Positions 49,125 through 60,523 of a stretch of 64,000 nt of DNA are shown piece after piece. Origin of the DNA: an uncultured Nitrososphaeraceae archaeon (GTDB lineage Archaea; Thermoproteota; Nitrososphaeria; Nitrososphaerales; Nitrososphaeraceae); contig CAWIMJ010000034.1 of assembly GCA_963837175.1 (NCBI GenBank), positions 129,055 through 193,054 of the forward strand, read 5' to 3'. Numbering within the stretch: position 1 is the first letter of the stretch; the number at the start of each line of letters is the position of its first letter. The translations under genes and the position numbers were made by a program. The notes beneath the pieces were generated by a model. It saw only the letters and a program-made list of their open reading frames with translations, had not been told where the DNA came from and did no database searches.

Positions 49125-50183
49125 TTATATAAGTGACCAATCTGCATTTATATGTCTATGTAATAACTTCTTGGAATTCTTTACTACTTTTTCAATATCA
49201 GTATTCTTGTTATTTTTAATAATTTCAGCTAATTCTTCTCCATTAGATACTGCAAAGCAGTTGTATCCTTCTTTAAAATCTTGGTATTTTTTATCTACTG
49301 ATTCAATCCAATTTCTATTGATTATTAAGGCTGCGTTGTGATATATTGCCTCTAAAAATGTATACTGTGTGCCTCCTCCGTCATGAGGTATTAGAGTCAC
49401 ATCAACTACAAATTTTGCTTTATTTAATATACGTGAAATGGCTGCAAATGATTTTTCAAATGTACCGTAGTAGTATTGCATAAAATTCTCTTTTCCACCT
49501 AGCATATGGTTGACATATTTTAAATCGAATGGTCCATGAATTTTTATTGTGAAATCATTATTGCACTTCTTATCTGTACCTCCTTGTTCTTTTCGTAGCA
49601 AAGTATTAGCCTCCATTATAATTTCTGTATTTTTACCATAATCTATTCTTGATATTGAAACCGCATCTTTTTTTCCATGTCGGCTACTATTATTATAGCA
49701 ACCGCATTTGGTGTCTTTCGCTAATTTGTCAAGATTGTTCTTTATATATGTAGGATAAGAATAAAATGGGTGATATAGAAACCTTGAGTTCACGCCATAC
49801 TTATCTCTCAAGTATTGCTGCATGGTTTTTCTTATGCAAATAATATTCCAATATTTTAGATAGGATTCGTTTTCCTTTGAAATCTCCGTTGGATCGTGGA
49901 TGACAACAGTAATGTCATCACGTTTCAATTTAGGGAGAACATGATTGTATTGAAAAAAGTCAACTATGAATGGATTCCGAATACTGTCTATAAAACCAGT
50001 AGGAACAGTTCGATATTGCAGACCATAACCAAAATTTCCTTTCTCTTTCTCTTGTTGATAAGGATTTTCTACAAGCAGTATTGTATCTTTTCCTAGTGAA
50101 TTAAGCAAATGTGCAGTGAATGTAGTAGTTCCGCCCCAATAATAAAACTGAGACAAAAAGAAATATTGTCTTTCTTCTGTCAT
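49125..50183 (-). CDS. GT-B fold glycosyltransferase-like protein
   Basis: GGTTTFTAHL, VIHDPTE, SISRIDYGKN, GGGTQYTFLEAI, EGYNCFAV..GEELA. Confidence 0.65.
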   Translation of the reverse strand: MTEERQYFFLSQFYYWGGTTTFTAHLLNSLGKDTILLVENPYQQEKEKGNFGYGLQYRTVPTGFIDSIRNPFIVDFFQYNHVLPKLKRDDITVVIHDPTEISKENESYLKYWNIICIRKTMQQYLRDKYGVNSRFLYHPFYSYPTYIKNNLDKLAKDTKCGCYNNSSRHGKKDAVSISRIDYGKNTEIIMEANTLLRKEQGGTDKKCNNDFTIKIHGPFDLKYVNHMLGGKENFMQYYYGTFEKSFAAISRILNKAKFVVDVTLIPHDGGGTQYTFLEAIYHNAALIINRNWIESVDKKYQDFKEGYNCFAVSNGEELAEIIKNNKNTDIEKVVKNSKKLLHRHINADWSLI

Positions 50184-50278
50184 TGTGTTCAGACCGACCT
50201 CTGATCATTGTATATGCTATTAGATATGTATAATTTAATCTAGCAAAAATTATCCACATTTTTGAATTAAAAAAAGGT

Positions 50279-50870
50279 TTGTTTTATTCTTTATATCCTG
50301 GAGCGCTCCTAAAATTTGAAATTATTCAAATGTGTTTATCTGATCTAGGAAAGGAAACTGGAATACCTCTAAAGGCCGATAAGCTTTTCTATTATGATAG
50401 AAATATTCTTGAAAATATAAGAATTGTTACCAACAGCTTAGGGTACAAATCATACCTGTCAGAGGCAGTTTAGACACTGAAAATAACGGCGGAAGGATAT
50501 TTAGACTCAAATTATGATTGGAAAGCATATGAGGAATCATTAAATGACAATGAAAAATGGAAGATTGTTGATTACAGAAGGCCAACAAAGGATTTTAACT
50601 ATTTGTTTCGATTATACAATAGAAACAAAAGTAGCGATATAGCATTACCCGATATAGAAAAGAACTTAGATATGATTATATTTATAATGACGGCTTGCGA
50701 GTTTAGCAATGGCAATGAGTTCAGTAATAGTAGTTGAAAACTCGATATTACTTGATATATAGCCAAAACTTGCAAGTATAAAGCCAACGAATGGAGAGAA
50801 GAAATCTTTACCAATGAGGATTTCAAACAAGCCTATTCGGTACATCCAACTACTAGATACTTATAATCTC
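50279..50870 (+). pseudogene. Unidentified gene remnant
   Basis: Protein-like reading continues in frame through several stops after ORF 50279-50473. Confidence 0.4.
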
Positions 50871-50899
50871 TTCAAAAAGACAAAGTCATAATGACATTA

Positions 50900-51131
50900 T
50901 CTGGTAATTGTAGTCGTCCTAACAAACTTGTAACCTGATCTTTCTAATCTATTTTTTTATCTCTTCTCTAGTTATGAGTAATGGATCATATTCTACTATA
51001 ACACTATCTGTCATGTAATCAATGTCAATTTTCTTTACAGCTTCTTCATCTTTTAATTGTTTTTCTACAATCGGTTTACATGTAGTACAATACATTCCAA
51101 CTACCTTAAAGAATGCTTTCTGTGTTTTCAT
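50900..51131 (-). CDS. HMA-domain copper chaperone (CopZ-like), homopolymer frameshift at C-terminus
   Basis: VVGMYCTTC...VEYDP; shifted tail RLERSGYK. Confidence 0.85.
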
Positions 51132-51726
51132 AGTAATACATTGAGTTTATAAATGGATTTTCACGTACTAAAACAAAACTGTTAGAATTATTACTTCTTG
51201 ATAATAACTCAGATGACAATTCCTCGAACCTAGCTCACTTTTATAAAGAAGAAAGAAAGATAAGGTATGGCATTCCTAAAATGACATTACAAACTGCTAT
51301 CTTTTTAAGCAATTCTACATATCCATTAGTCTCATAAACCGAATTTATTATATCGTTAGCCAGATCTGAGATACTTATTTTAAAGAATTGGTTGGAATGA
51401 ATATCCCAATTAGCCATAATCTGTATCTTATTATTTTTAGTTGTAGTAGCAAATACAAAAATCAAATGCTTAATTGTATTATTATAATGATTGTACTACC
51501 ATGCTATAAGAGTGGTCTATACTCAACTAATAATCATGCCAATATCCTGGACCAGGTAGATTGGATAAGGATAAAATTGTATAGACTTAACAGTTCTCCG
51601 CTCTCTTGCAAACTCAAGTAAGTATATCAAACACATGGTTTGAGAAATAATGTTAAATGATATAATCGAACATAAATAAGTAATACTCTTTGTCTAACCT
51701 AAAGAACTAATAATAATAATATTCGA

Positions 51727-52896
51727 TTGACCTTAGAGCTAGTTGAAAAACTAAATGAAGCATTGTCTACTGAAAATGCATCAGTAGATAGAATAAAATC
51801 AAGAATAGATCAGACACCGATACAAGAAGTAAAACAAAAACTAAAACAGCATTTAGAAGAAACGCACATTCAAAAAAGCAGGCTTGAAAGAATAATTACA
51901 GGATTACGAGGAAAGCCAACTGATGCTAAAGCAGATTTATCAAGGTCAAACCTACTTACTACAATAACTAAGAGAAAGAATTTTCCAAAGACTGCAGAAT
52001 CAAAAACAGAAAATAACAGTCGAGAAAATTCTACGCAAGAAGAAGACGAATTAATGCAAATGAAGCAAGATTTCATAATAGAACATGATGAACTGGTAGC
52101 TTATGAATCGCTAATACGGTCAATGCAAATGACAGATACGCCGCAGCAGCATCAGATTACATTTTTACTGGAACAGAGTATGCAAGAAGAAGAATCAATG
52201 GCGTATTGGTATAAAATACATACACCGTTGATACTTGATAACCTATGGCCAAAGATGATCCATACTTCAATAAGACGTGGTCAAAAGTTTCTTCTTAACC
52301 ACATTAGTTCCAAAATTCCGCTCATTATTATATATGCTGATCTGGTCGGCTCAACGAGCATGAGCATGACTTTACCCGTAGACAACCTTATTACAATAAT
52401 TAGAGCTTTTACCCACCAAATATCGCATGTTGTAGATAGTCATGATGGATATGTCTTAAAATACGTAGGCGATGCAGTAATCTCATTTTTTCCTGGTCGT
52501 GTCAACAATAAGAACAAATATCTTGCTTCAGAGACGTCAGTAGAATGTGGGAAATCGATGATTAATGTAATCAAGGAGGAGATTAATACAATCTTTAAAA
52601 GATATGGGTATCCAGAACTATTTGTCAAGATAGGGATAGATGCAGGAGAAAACGCAGTTGTTCAGTACGGCTACGAACAACTCTCGCCTATTGATATACT
52701 GGGATATAGTATGAATATAGCAGCAAAAATAACTTCTCTAACAGGTGCAAATAAAATATCTATAGGAGATAATGTATACAAATCATTAGATCATAAAAAG
52801 CAGTCAGAATTTCACGAGTTATCAATATCTGATAATCGATGGAAATATATTAACTATGGAACTGATAAGCCCTACAAAGTTTACACACTAAAATAA
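51727..52896 (+). CDS. DUF892/ferritin-like domain fused to class III nucleotide cyclase
   Basis: HLEETHIQKSRL, EHDELVAY, QEEE; ADLVGST, KYVGDAV, KIGID.G, DILG.SMNIAAKI. Confidence 0.85.
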   Translation: MTLELVEKLNEALSTENASVDRIKSRIDQTPIQEVKQKLKQHLEETHIQKSRLERIITGLRGKPTDAKADLSRSNLLTTITKRKNFPKTAESKTENNSRENSTQEEDELMQMKQDFIIEHDELVAYESLIRSMQMTDTPQQHQITFLLEQSMQEEESMAYWYKIHTPLILDNLWPKMIHTSIRRGQKFLLNHISSKIPLIIIYADLVGSTSMSMTLPVDNLITIIRAFTHQISHVVDSHDGYVLKYVGDAVISFFPGRVNNKNKYLASETSVECGKSMINVIKEEINTIFKRYGYPELFVKIGIDAGENAVVQYGYEQLSPIDILGYSMNIAAKITSLTGANKISIGDNVYKSLDHKKQSEFHELSISDNRWKYINYGTDKPYKVYTLK

Positions 52897-53511
52897 ACGT
52901 TTTTTGATTCCATCATGTTTGGAATTATAGAGAATCTCCAATTTATGTAATAAAATGCAAACACTTGATTAAAAGGAAGACTTTCCCTCCGATAAGAATA
53001 ATATTTGATTTCAAATCAAGGACCTCTTTTGGTTCCTCTCATAAGAGCTATTTTTGTTATGAGGCTGTTGTAAAAAAATTCAATCTATTCCATATTCAGA
53101 ATCATCATCACAATAGACGGTAGTAATATCCCTTAATTGGACTGGAACCCCAACAACTCAAACTTTCATTGAATACCACAACGAATAAGACATTGAGATA
53201 TGCGAACAACAGATTCCTTAAAATGGAAAATAGGAATAATTGTAGAGCAATGGCATTGTCGTAAATTACTTGAATTTACTTAAGTGAACAGGGACAATTA
53301 CTTTAAGCAACAAACAAGTCAAAAACTATCATCAGACTACAAAGCAGAACTTTCTCTTCTCTTTTATGGTTTTAGATGTTTGCAGACATTTTTACCCAAG
53401 CAGGATCATCAAAATGTACTCCAGAATTTCCCACTTCTTTAGCAATGTTAAGAAAAGCTCTTTTTGATCATGGAACTTATCCTCAGCAAGAACAGCCAAT
53501 CATCAACTTCA

Positions 53512-54894
53512 TCATATGTAGTAGGGGGTTACTATGGATCTTATCATCGCCCTATTCAATGCTTGAATTGTTTTCATTTCTCCTTCTTTAATTGAATTTT
53601 TAATCGTCTGTGGCGAGAAGTCCGCATTTTCATACATATGAGGAAAAGGTTCATCACGTGTTACATAAACAATGTCCTTTATTTCAGCGCCTCGTTCTTG
53701 CTTGTATTTTTTATATTTTTTGCGAATTCTTTTAAGCTGCTTTGGATCCACTTTCGAGAGGTCCATACGGGTTTCTATTAATTGGTAAAGTTCTTCAATG
53801 TAGCGCAGATATTGTGTTATTACTTTAGACATTCTTACATTATACTCTGTCTTGTCAGAAAACATTATATCTCTTGCTCTATGATAAACTTCTGGTAGGT
53901 TCTTTGGCAGTGCATTGACTCTTTTTGGATAGTTTTCTACCAGAAATATTCGTTTATCATTCACTGGAGATGCATCTATTACCTCTCTTAATGGGGTATT
54001 ACTCAATAAACCTCCGTCCCATGCATATACTCCATCTTCTACTTCTATCCAACGAAAGTTATACAGTGGATAGGCAGATGTTGCAAGGATATGTTTTGGT
54101 GTTATTTGTTGCTTAGAGCTATCGAATGTCAGTGGATCTGCAGTTAAAATGTTTACTGCTGTTAAGATCAAACGTGCATTAGGATTTCCATTAGGTTTCA
54201 ATTTATCATAATCAATATACTTTTCTAAAGTTTTTACTAAAGGTGCAAGATCATACAAATAAGTCCATTTTTGTGGTGTAAAATATTCTGGGTCGGTTAG
54301 AGCAGTTTCTTGTCTCCACCTAGGTTTAAACATTTTATCATTTCCAAAAATAGCCGAGCTGTAGAAAGATCTTAACTGCTTCATTTTTATAGCATGTTCA
54401 TTTGCATTTGTAGTTGTTGAATAATTTTCTTGCTCTGATGAGTATATAGGTAAGTTATTATAATAATAACGAGCTGGTAATAGCAAATCTTCTACAAATT
54501 TAGGTAGAGAAGAAAAATAAGGAAGAATATGCTTATCAAATTCTACAAAGCCTTCAGATAATTCCAACCAGAACTGTTCTAACGCTTGTTCGGGATGTTT
54601 TTCATCCTTGCTGCCAGATATAATTGCAGCATTTATGCCACCAATAGATGTGCCTGCAATAATGTCAAGCTTGATGTCATTATTTGCAATCGCTTTAAAT
54701 ACTCCACATCCAAATGCTCCCAAAGATCCGCCACCTTGAAGTACTAATACATTTTCAATTTTGTTGTTGTTGTGTGCTGATGATGACCGTGATGATGACA
54801 CAGTGCTACTACTATTATAATTATTATTATTGTCTTTGTTTGCTAGAGTATCTGCCTGATTCATTGTTATCATTCTTTCATTATTTGTATTCAT
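53512..54894 (-). CDS. Patatin-like phospholipase (DUF3734-type C-terminus)
   Basis: LQGGGSLGAF, GTSIG, WDGGLLSNTPL, ADFS. Confidence 0.9.
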   Translation of the reverse strand: MNTNNERMITMNQADTLANKDNNNNYNSSSTVSSSRSSSAHNNNKIENVLVLQGGGSLGAFGCGVFKAIANNDIKLDIIAGTSIGGINAAIISGSKDEKHPEQALEQFWLELSEGFVEFDKHILPYFSSLPKFVEDLLLPARYYYNNLPIYSSEQENYSTTTNANEHAIKMKQLRSFYSSAIFGNDKMFKPRWRQETALTDPEYFTPQKWTYLYDLAPLVKTLEKYIDYDKLKPNGNPNARLILTAVNILTADPLTFDSSKQQITPKHILATSAYPLYNFRWIEVEDGVYAWDGGLLSNTPLREVIDASPVNDKRIFLVENYPKRVNALPKNLPEVYHRARDIMFSDKTEYNVRMSKVITQYLRYIEELYQLIETRMDLSKVDPKQLKRIRKKYKKYKQERGAEIKDIVYVTRDEPFPHMYENADFSPQTIKNSIKEGEMKTIQALNRAMIRSIVTPYYI

Positions 54895-55239
54895 TTTTTA
54901 ATTTTCCTATCTCTCTTCTTTTTGTATTTATCTATTACCAATCGTTACTACTGTATGATTTGAAGATACTAATCTATTAAGCAGACTAGATTCAAGAGTC
55001 AAATTCAGATTTTCAACCAATAAATCAATCAATCAATGAATTAACAAGATGGATAACTTATATTTTTATAAAATTATTATCAACTGCTTTAAAGTTGAAT
55101 TTAATTTTTTACATATACTATGAATCACCTAGATGAAGATAAAAAAGGTTTTGATTTCAAAGCCTCATATTGTAATCGAAATCTGCAGAAAAAGGCAGTT
55201 AGCCCAATTTGTTAAATATTACTTACCTGAAATACATAA

Positions 55240-57081
55240 ATGGATGAAAATAAGAAGAAAAAACAGTCAAACCACCGCTCATGTGAAGTCCTAATTATAG
55301 GTGGTGGTTCTGCTGGTCTTCGAGCGGCAATTGAAGCTCATGATGCCGGTGCTCGTGTTCTCGTAATTAGTAAAAGTAGAAAAGGAGATCCTCATACAGT
55401 GCTTGCAAGAGGCGGTATCAACGCAGCTGTTGGTACTATGGATCCCCAAGATAACTGGACGATACACGCAGCTGATACTCTAAGAGAAGGAGAATTCCTT
55501 GCAGAGTACGAAAGAGTTGAGCTACTTTGCAAAAATGCACCTGCTGCTGTGAATGAATTAGCAAATTGGGGCGCAAGGTTTCATAGAGAGAAAGATGGCA
55601 GATTAACACAACGATTCTTTGGAGCCCATACTTATAGAAGAACTGTATTTTATGAAGATAGGACCGGTGAGGAAATAATTCGTGTTCTGATGTACCAAGT
55701 TAGTCAGCGGAAAATTGAAATTATAGACAATGTCTTCATCACAAAATTATTAAAATCAGATGATGTAATTGAAGAAGGGCCAGCAGTGGGAGAAGAAGGA
55801 GAACGGGAAGGGGAGGAAGAAGAAGTCAAAGGAGCACTTGGCATAGATATCGAAAAAAAAGAAATTGTGATATTTGAGTGCAAATCTTTGATACTTGCTG
55901 CTGGTGGATATACGCGAGTCTATTCAGTCAGTAGTTCTAGAATTTTTGAAAACTATGGTGAAGGTGTGGCTCTAGCATATGAAGCAGGTGCAGATTTAGT
56001 AGATATGGAGATGGTACAGTTCCATCCTACTGGAATGGTTTGGCCAGAGAAAGCATTAGGTACCCTAGCCACTGAAGCAATACGTGGTGAAGGAGGCATA
56101 TTACTAAATTCAAAAGGTGAGCGGTTCATGAAAAATTACTATCCTGAAAGAATGGAGCTAGGACCACGCGATATAGTAGCCCGTGCAAATTATAATGAAA
56201 TAGTCGCTGGCAGAGGTACGGAACATGGAGGAGTTTGGTTGGACATAACCCATCTACAAAAGGAAAAAATATTAGACAGGCTGCCCACAATGTATGAACA
56301 ATTCAAAAATATTGCTGGGACTGATATATCCAAGGAGAAAATGGAAGTTGGACCGACTGCACATTATTCAATGGGCGGAGTGGTAGTAGATATAAAGTGT
56401 AGAACAAAGATAATGGGTCTATATGCTGTTGGAGAAGTAATAAGTCAGATTCATGGTGCTAATCGTTTAGGTGGAAATAGCTTACTGGACACAGTAGTTT
56501 TCGGAAAAATTGTTGGTAGTGAAGCGGCGAAATTAGCAAAGGAACTATCAGGAATAAAGAAAACTGGACAATCACAGCTGCGATTGAACGTTAATAACCA
56601 AAAAGAATTTGAAAATGGAATTTTTATAGTTAAGGAACCAATTAAGTTTCTCAATGAAATACAAGAGTTAATGAACCAGGATGCAGGAATAATAAGAGAA
56701 GAGACAAAGTTGCAAAATGGATTGAAAAGAATTTTGGAATTAAAGAACGAGTTTTACTCTAAAGATAATATTTTAAAAGAATTCAAAATTGACGATGATA
56801 ATGGTGAAAATGTTGTTTTAACTTGGGAAGTAAAGTCGTCGCTAGTTGTTTGTGAGGCTATAATAAGAAGTGCCCTAATGCGACAAGAGAGCAGAGGAGC
56901 TCACTATCGGTCTGATTTTCCAAAGATAGATGACGAAAAATGGAATGTAAATATCTATTGCAGGAATGAAGGAGCAGCAGAAATGGTATTGTTTAAGCAG
57001 AATGTGAAAGAAATTAAAGGACCGTTGGCGGATTTGCTTGAAACACACATCAAACCGGAACACCAACGTGAATTCGAATAA
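55240..57081 (+). CDS. SdhA/FrdA/NadB-family FAD-binding oxidoreductase
   Basis: IGGGSAGL, HTVLARGG, QFHPTG, TEAIRGEG, AHYSMGG, HGANRLGGNSL, ESRGAH; no partner subunits adjacent. Confidence 0.9.
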   Translation: MDENKKKKQSNHRSCEVLIIGGGSAGLRAAIEAHDAGARVLVISKSRKGDPHTVLARGGINAAVGTMDPQDNWTIHAADTLREGEFLAEYERVELLCKNAPAAVNELANWGARFHREKDGRLTQRFFGAHTYRRTVFYEDRTGEEIIRVLMYQVSQRKIEIIDNVFITKLLKSDDVIEEGPAVGEEGEREGEEEEVKGALGIDIEKKEIVIFECKSLILAAGGYTRVYSVSSSRIFENYGEGVALAYEAGADLVDMEMVQFHPTGMVWPEKALGTLATEAIRGEGGILLNSKGERFMKNYYPERMELGPRDIVARANYNEIVAGRGTEHGGVWLDITHLQKEKILDRLPTMYEQFKNIAGTDISKEKMEVGPTAHYSMGGVVVDIKCRTKIMGLYAVGEVISQIHGANRLGGNSLLDTVVFGKIVGSEAAKLAKELSGIKKTGQSQLRLNVNNQKEFENGIFIVKEPIKFLNEIQELMNQDAGIIREETKLQNGLKRILELKNEFYSKDNILKEFKIDDDNGENVVLTWEVKSSLVVCEAIIRSALMRQESRGAHYRSDFPKIDDEKWNVNIYCRNEGAAEMVLFKQNVKEIKGPLADLLETHIKPEHQREFE

Positions 57082-57260
57082 TAATTAGATATGTCAACGG
57101 CTAACAAACTGCTGTGACATCAAGAAAAAAGTGAAATGAATGAAATGAATAAAAAGAACTGTTTCAAGTAGGTATAATTTCCTGATGATGTTATAATACT
57201 TTAGATTTTTAGGTGATAAATTCGTATATACCAATATCTCATATATTCATTCTGCTAAAA

Positions 57261-57875
57261 TTAGGATATCATACTATAATTGCTTATGTAGGAGAAGACT
57301 GCTCCACTTTCAATCTCCTGGTCCAGTTTACAAGATTCTGAAGTAGTTGTCTCAAAAAAAGTTTTGGTATTATCATCAACTAAATTGCCATTTGCATCAA
57401 ATTTTTGCTGTGCAAAGGTGACTATGACCTCTGGGCCATTGACCGGATGCATATTCAGAAATACAAACATCTGACGAAGATGATACTGAGCTCTTGCACC
57501 ATCCAACATCCCAATAGATGCACTCATGATAGCAACCGGTTTTCCATCAAAAGGATTGTCTCCATATGGTCTTGAGGCCCAATCAATAGCATTCTTTAAA
57601 ACTCCTGGAACGGAGTAGTTATATTCCGGAGTTGCAATCAAAATAGCATCTGCTTCCCTTATTTTTGATTTAAACTCTTTTATCTTTGGTGGCATATCCA
57701 TTTCAATATCCTGATTAAAGAGAGGAATGTCAGCAAGGTCAAAGATTTCGAGAATTGCATCATTGGGAAGCAATTTCCCTGCCGCACGTAAAAGTGACTT
57801 ATTATATGAGCCTGCTCTCAGACTCCCTGCAAAACCGAGGATTTTTAATTTGTTTTTCAAATTTTTTTGGTGCAC
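57261..57875 (-). CDS. NADPH-dependent FMN reductase; C-terminus likely shifted at a T-run
   Basis: GSLRAGSYN, TPEYNYSVPGVLKNAIDW, GARAQYHLRQ. Confidence 0.9.
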   Translation of the reverse strand: MHQKNLKNKLKILGFAGSLRAGSYNKSLLRAAGKLLPNDAILEIFDLADIPLFNQDIEMDMPPKIKEFKSKIREADAILIATPEYNYSVPGVLKNAIDWASRPYGDNPFDGKPVAIMSASIGMLDGARAQYHLRQMFVFLNMHPVNGPEVIVTFAQQKFDANGNLVDDNTKTFFETTTSESCKLDQEIESGAVFSYISNYSMIS

Positions 57876-58770
57876 CTAGAGCATTGTATTATTCAATTTG
57901 ATTACAATAAGAACGTTAGTATATTCATTATCATATAGATCGGTATCACAAAGTTTGAAGAAATCGCTGTAGTAACTGGACTACGAGGATCAAAAGTCTG
58001 ATAATAAGAAATATAATAACTCATAAAAAGAAGATGAGGGGAAAGCATCCTAATCATAGTAATGGGTCTAGTTAGATTATGCTAAATTCTTCTTTATCTA
58101 GAATTAAGCTTTAATAGTGCATATTGCAAGAGATATTTCTTATCTTTGAAACCTGTTGACTTCTAGTAATACTTATTGACAATAAAAGAGATAAGCATCC
58201 AAATAGCACTGTTTACAATAATAGTAAATAAAAAACCATAATAGTAAGTTAGTATCATGCCAGTTATAGTACCACTTGTCAAGAAGGGCATTTGTCGTTT
58301 CATAGCTGCGTTGCGAATTTTGTCCACTCTATTTGTTCTCTATATAAAATGGATAGATTACTTTGCTTATCAATATATGTATTCCAATATCTATAATACT
58401 CATCCTGAGAAGAACCTGTTCAGATAGGTCAAGGAGATCAAGTAACATAATTTGTAAACAACGCAGGTGCATTCTATAATGATAAAATCCAAGTCATTGC
58501 AGTAGATCTTCATATATACAGAGATAACGACAATTTTTGAAAATATACAAAAACATCATTTGGCTATGCTTCTGCTGCATTGCTAAGTGTACTATCATAT
58601 TTATCAGACAATTATACGAAACAACATACACAAAGTAATAAGATATTGTCAGAGTATTTTGAAAAGGAGTTTGATAAGTTTTTGAATAGGTTTAACCAGC
58701 ACATTTAGCAATCATATTTGATATCTATATTAACCAGCGCATGTTGTTCAATTCATAGTTAATACTAAAT

Positions 58771-58801
58771 AGCTGAACCACTTTACCACAAGGGATATAA
58801 T
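58771..58801 (+). repeat. Dispersed ~30-bp repeat copy 3
   Basis: AGCTGAACCACTTTACCACAAGGGATATAAT. Confidence 0.85.
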
Positions 58802-58865
58802 AACACCATAGAACCCGCAAGTGATGGAATAATAACAAAAATACAACTCTCATTGAATACAGCGT

Positions 58866-59093
58866 TTACAAACGATGTCGACGATTCTTCTGTATCTCCT
58901 CTTGTCGTCTTGCAATTTCTATATCTTCTTCTGTAGTATTATCCCTTAGTTCCCCACGAGATTCTTTTTCCAAATGATCTCTTCTATCCTCATCAGTAGT
59001 GAAGATAGAACCGCATACAAAGCATTGAAAATCAGAAGTCACTTTTGGTATCTTATCAGATCTATTATTGGATGAACCAAAACTCTTAGCCAT
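58866..59093 (-). CDS. Small C2H2-like Zn-finger protein (copy 1)
   Basis: FQCFVCGSIFTTDEDRRDHL. Confidence 0.8.
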   Translation of the reverse strand: MAKSFGSSNNRSDKIPKVTSDFQCFVCGSIFTTDEDRRDHLEKESRGELRDNTTEEDIEIARRQEEIQKNRRHRL

Positions 59094-59311
59094 CTACTAC
59101 ATATATTTTCATTTACACCAGAATAAAAGGTTTGGTTGAATTATATACCAAAAGGTTTGATAAGATGTAATTCTCCTGAAGTAATAATAATTAATATTGC
59201 TGAAGATAGCACACACTCTTTTTATGAATATCCCCATCAGTTTGTATGTGAATAGATAAGGTGATGATGAGGAGGATAGTAGTAAAGGGACAAAATATAA
59301 CATAGGACAAA

Positions 59312-59911
59312 TTAGCCTATGCCATTGAATATGGCCTTTACTGTCCCAAGCCATGCTTGTCTATTTTTATTCTCACTTATACCTAATACTTTACTTATTG
59401 ATAAGCCATCAAATAGCGAGACCAAACCTGCTGCTATGGCATTTATGTCTATATCTTTCTTGATGAATCCTCTTTTTACTTGTAAATTTAAATATTCTAT
59501 TATTACGTCAAATGTCCTTATTCGTTGTTCATATAACATCTTTTGTAACTTAGATTTACGTGATGATTCTGCAATTATTTCGAAAAATACTTTTTCAAAA
59601 TCTTGACCTATTTCTTTGTAAAAGTTATCATAAAACTTTTCTGCATTCAATATAAGATCTTCCTTTTTTGTTGTAAATAATGCAGACAATTGTTCTTTTA
59701 ATTTTGTAATATTCCTTTCAGATATAGCATAAAATAATTCTTCTTTGCTTCTAAAATAAAGGTACAATGTACCCTTACTTACCTTAGCTGCTTCAGATAT
59801 ATCCCCCATTCTTGTTCTGTCATAGCCATATTTTGAGAAAGTGATTAGTGCTGATTCAACAATTTTTTCCTTAACTCTAACTTTATATTGAACAGAAACC
59901 TTGGGACACAT
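59312..59911 (-). CDS. TetR/AcrR family transcriptional regulator
   Basis: FSKYGYDRTRMGDISEAAKVSKGTLYLYFRSKEEL. Confidence 0.95.
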   Translation of the reverse strand: MCPKVSVQYKVRVKEKIVESALITFSKYGYDRTRMGDISEAAKVSKGTLYLYFRSKEELFYAISERNITKLKEQLSALFTTKKEDLILNAEKFYDNFYKEIGQDFEKVFFEIIAESSRKSKLQKMLYEQRIRTFDVIIEYLNLQVKRGFIKKDIDINAIAAGLVSLFDGLSISKVLGISENKNRQAWLGTVKAIFNGIG

Positions 59912-60523
59912 ATTCTTATTTCTCTTTTGGTTGATCTTCTCTTATTCTCATTGCCTATAGAACTATATTTGGAATGCTTGGATATCAGAAATTCTTTTTG
60001 TCTTTCTGCTCTTCTTCTTTGTCTAGTAACGGCACTCGCAAATACTGAGGTAATGAAGAAGATAGTATTATTTTCTTTGATGTTTTATTTGTATTATTAA
60101 TTTCGTCTTTACACAGCATTTTCATGTTCGTATTATAATGAGCCTATCTGAAAAACTTCATGGTATAGGCATATTTCGAACAGAATGCGAATATAACACT
60201 AGCTGCGATAGCATTGTCTCACACTATTTCTATTATCTACTACTTTTGTTAACTCGGCCCATACCGATGCACAAACTCTTACTACTGATAAAATTCTTGA
60301 TAAAGCGTTATGAAGTCTAACATTGCCTACTCATATTGGATATCCTTATGATTCAGAATAGGAGAAAATTTTATATGAACCATGGACTCCATCAAGTAGA
60401 TAAAATAGAGTAGATAAACCATCATAATCTAAGCAATGGATTGTCTGGGAAATAATAGTTCTCATATGGCTCAACCTAGAACAAAATTCCTCCACTCTGT
60501 ATGTTTTTCTATCTATCTATCAA

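Noticed and set aside
53280-53295. TTAAGTGAACAGGGAC resembling the IS6 IR
   Set aside because: Solo degenerate end with no transposase or partner IR recognised
51727-54894. Cyclase plus patatin as a CBASS/Pycsar-like system
   Set aside because: Convergent, ~600 bp apart; cyclase is class III with adenine-type Lys, not a CD-NTase; patatin has an unlinked paralog at 9406
55240-57081. Calling this the respiratory sdhA
   Set aside because: No sdhB/C/D adjacent; cannot distinguish from NadB or a paralog by eye
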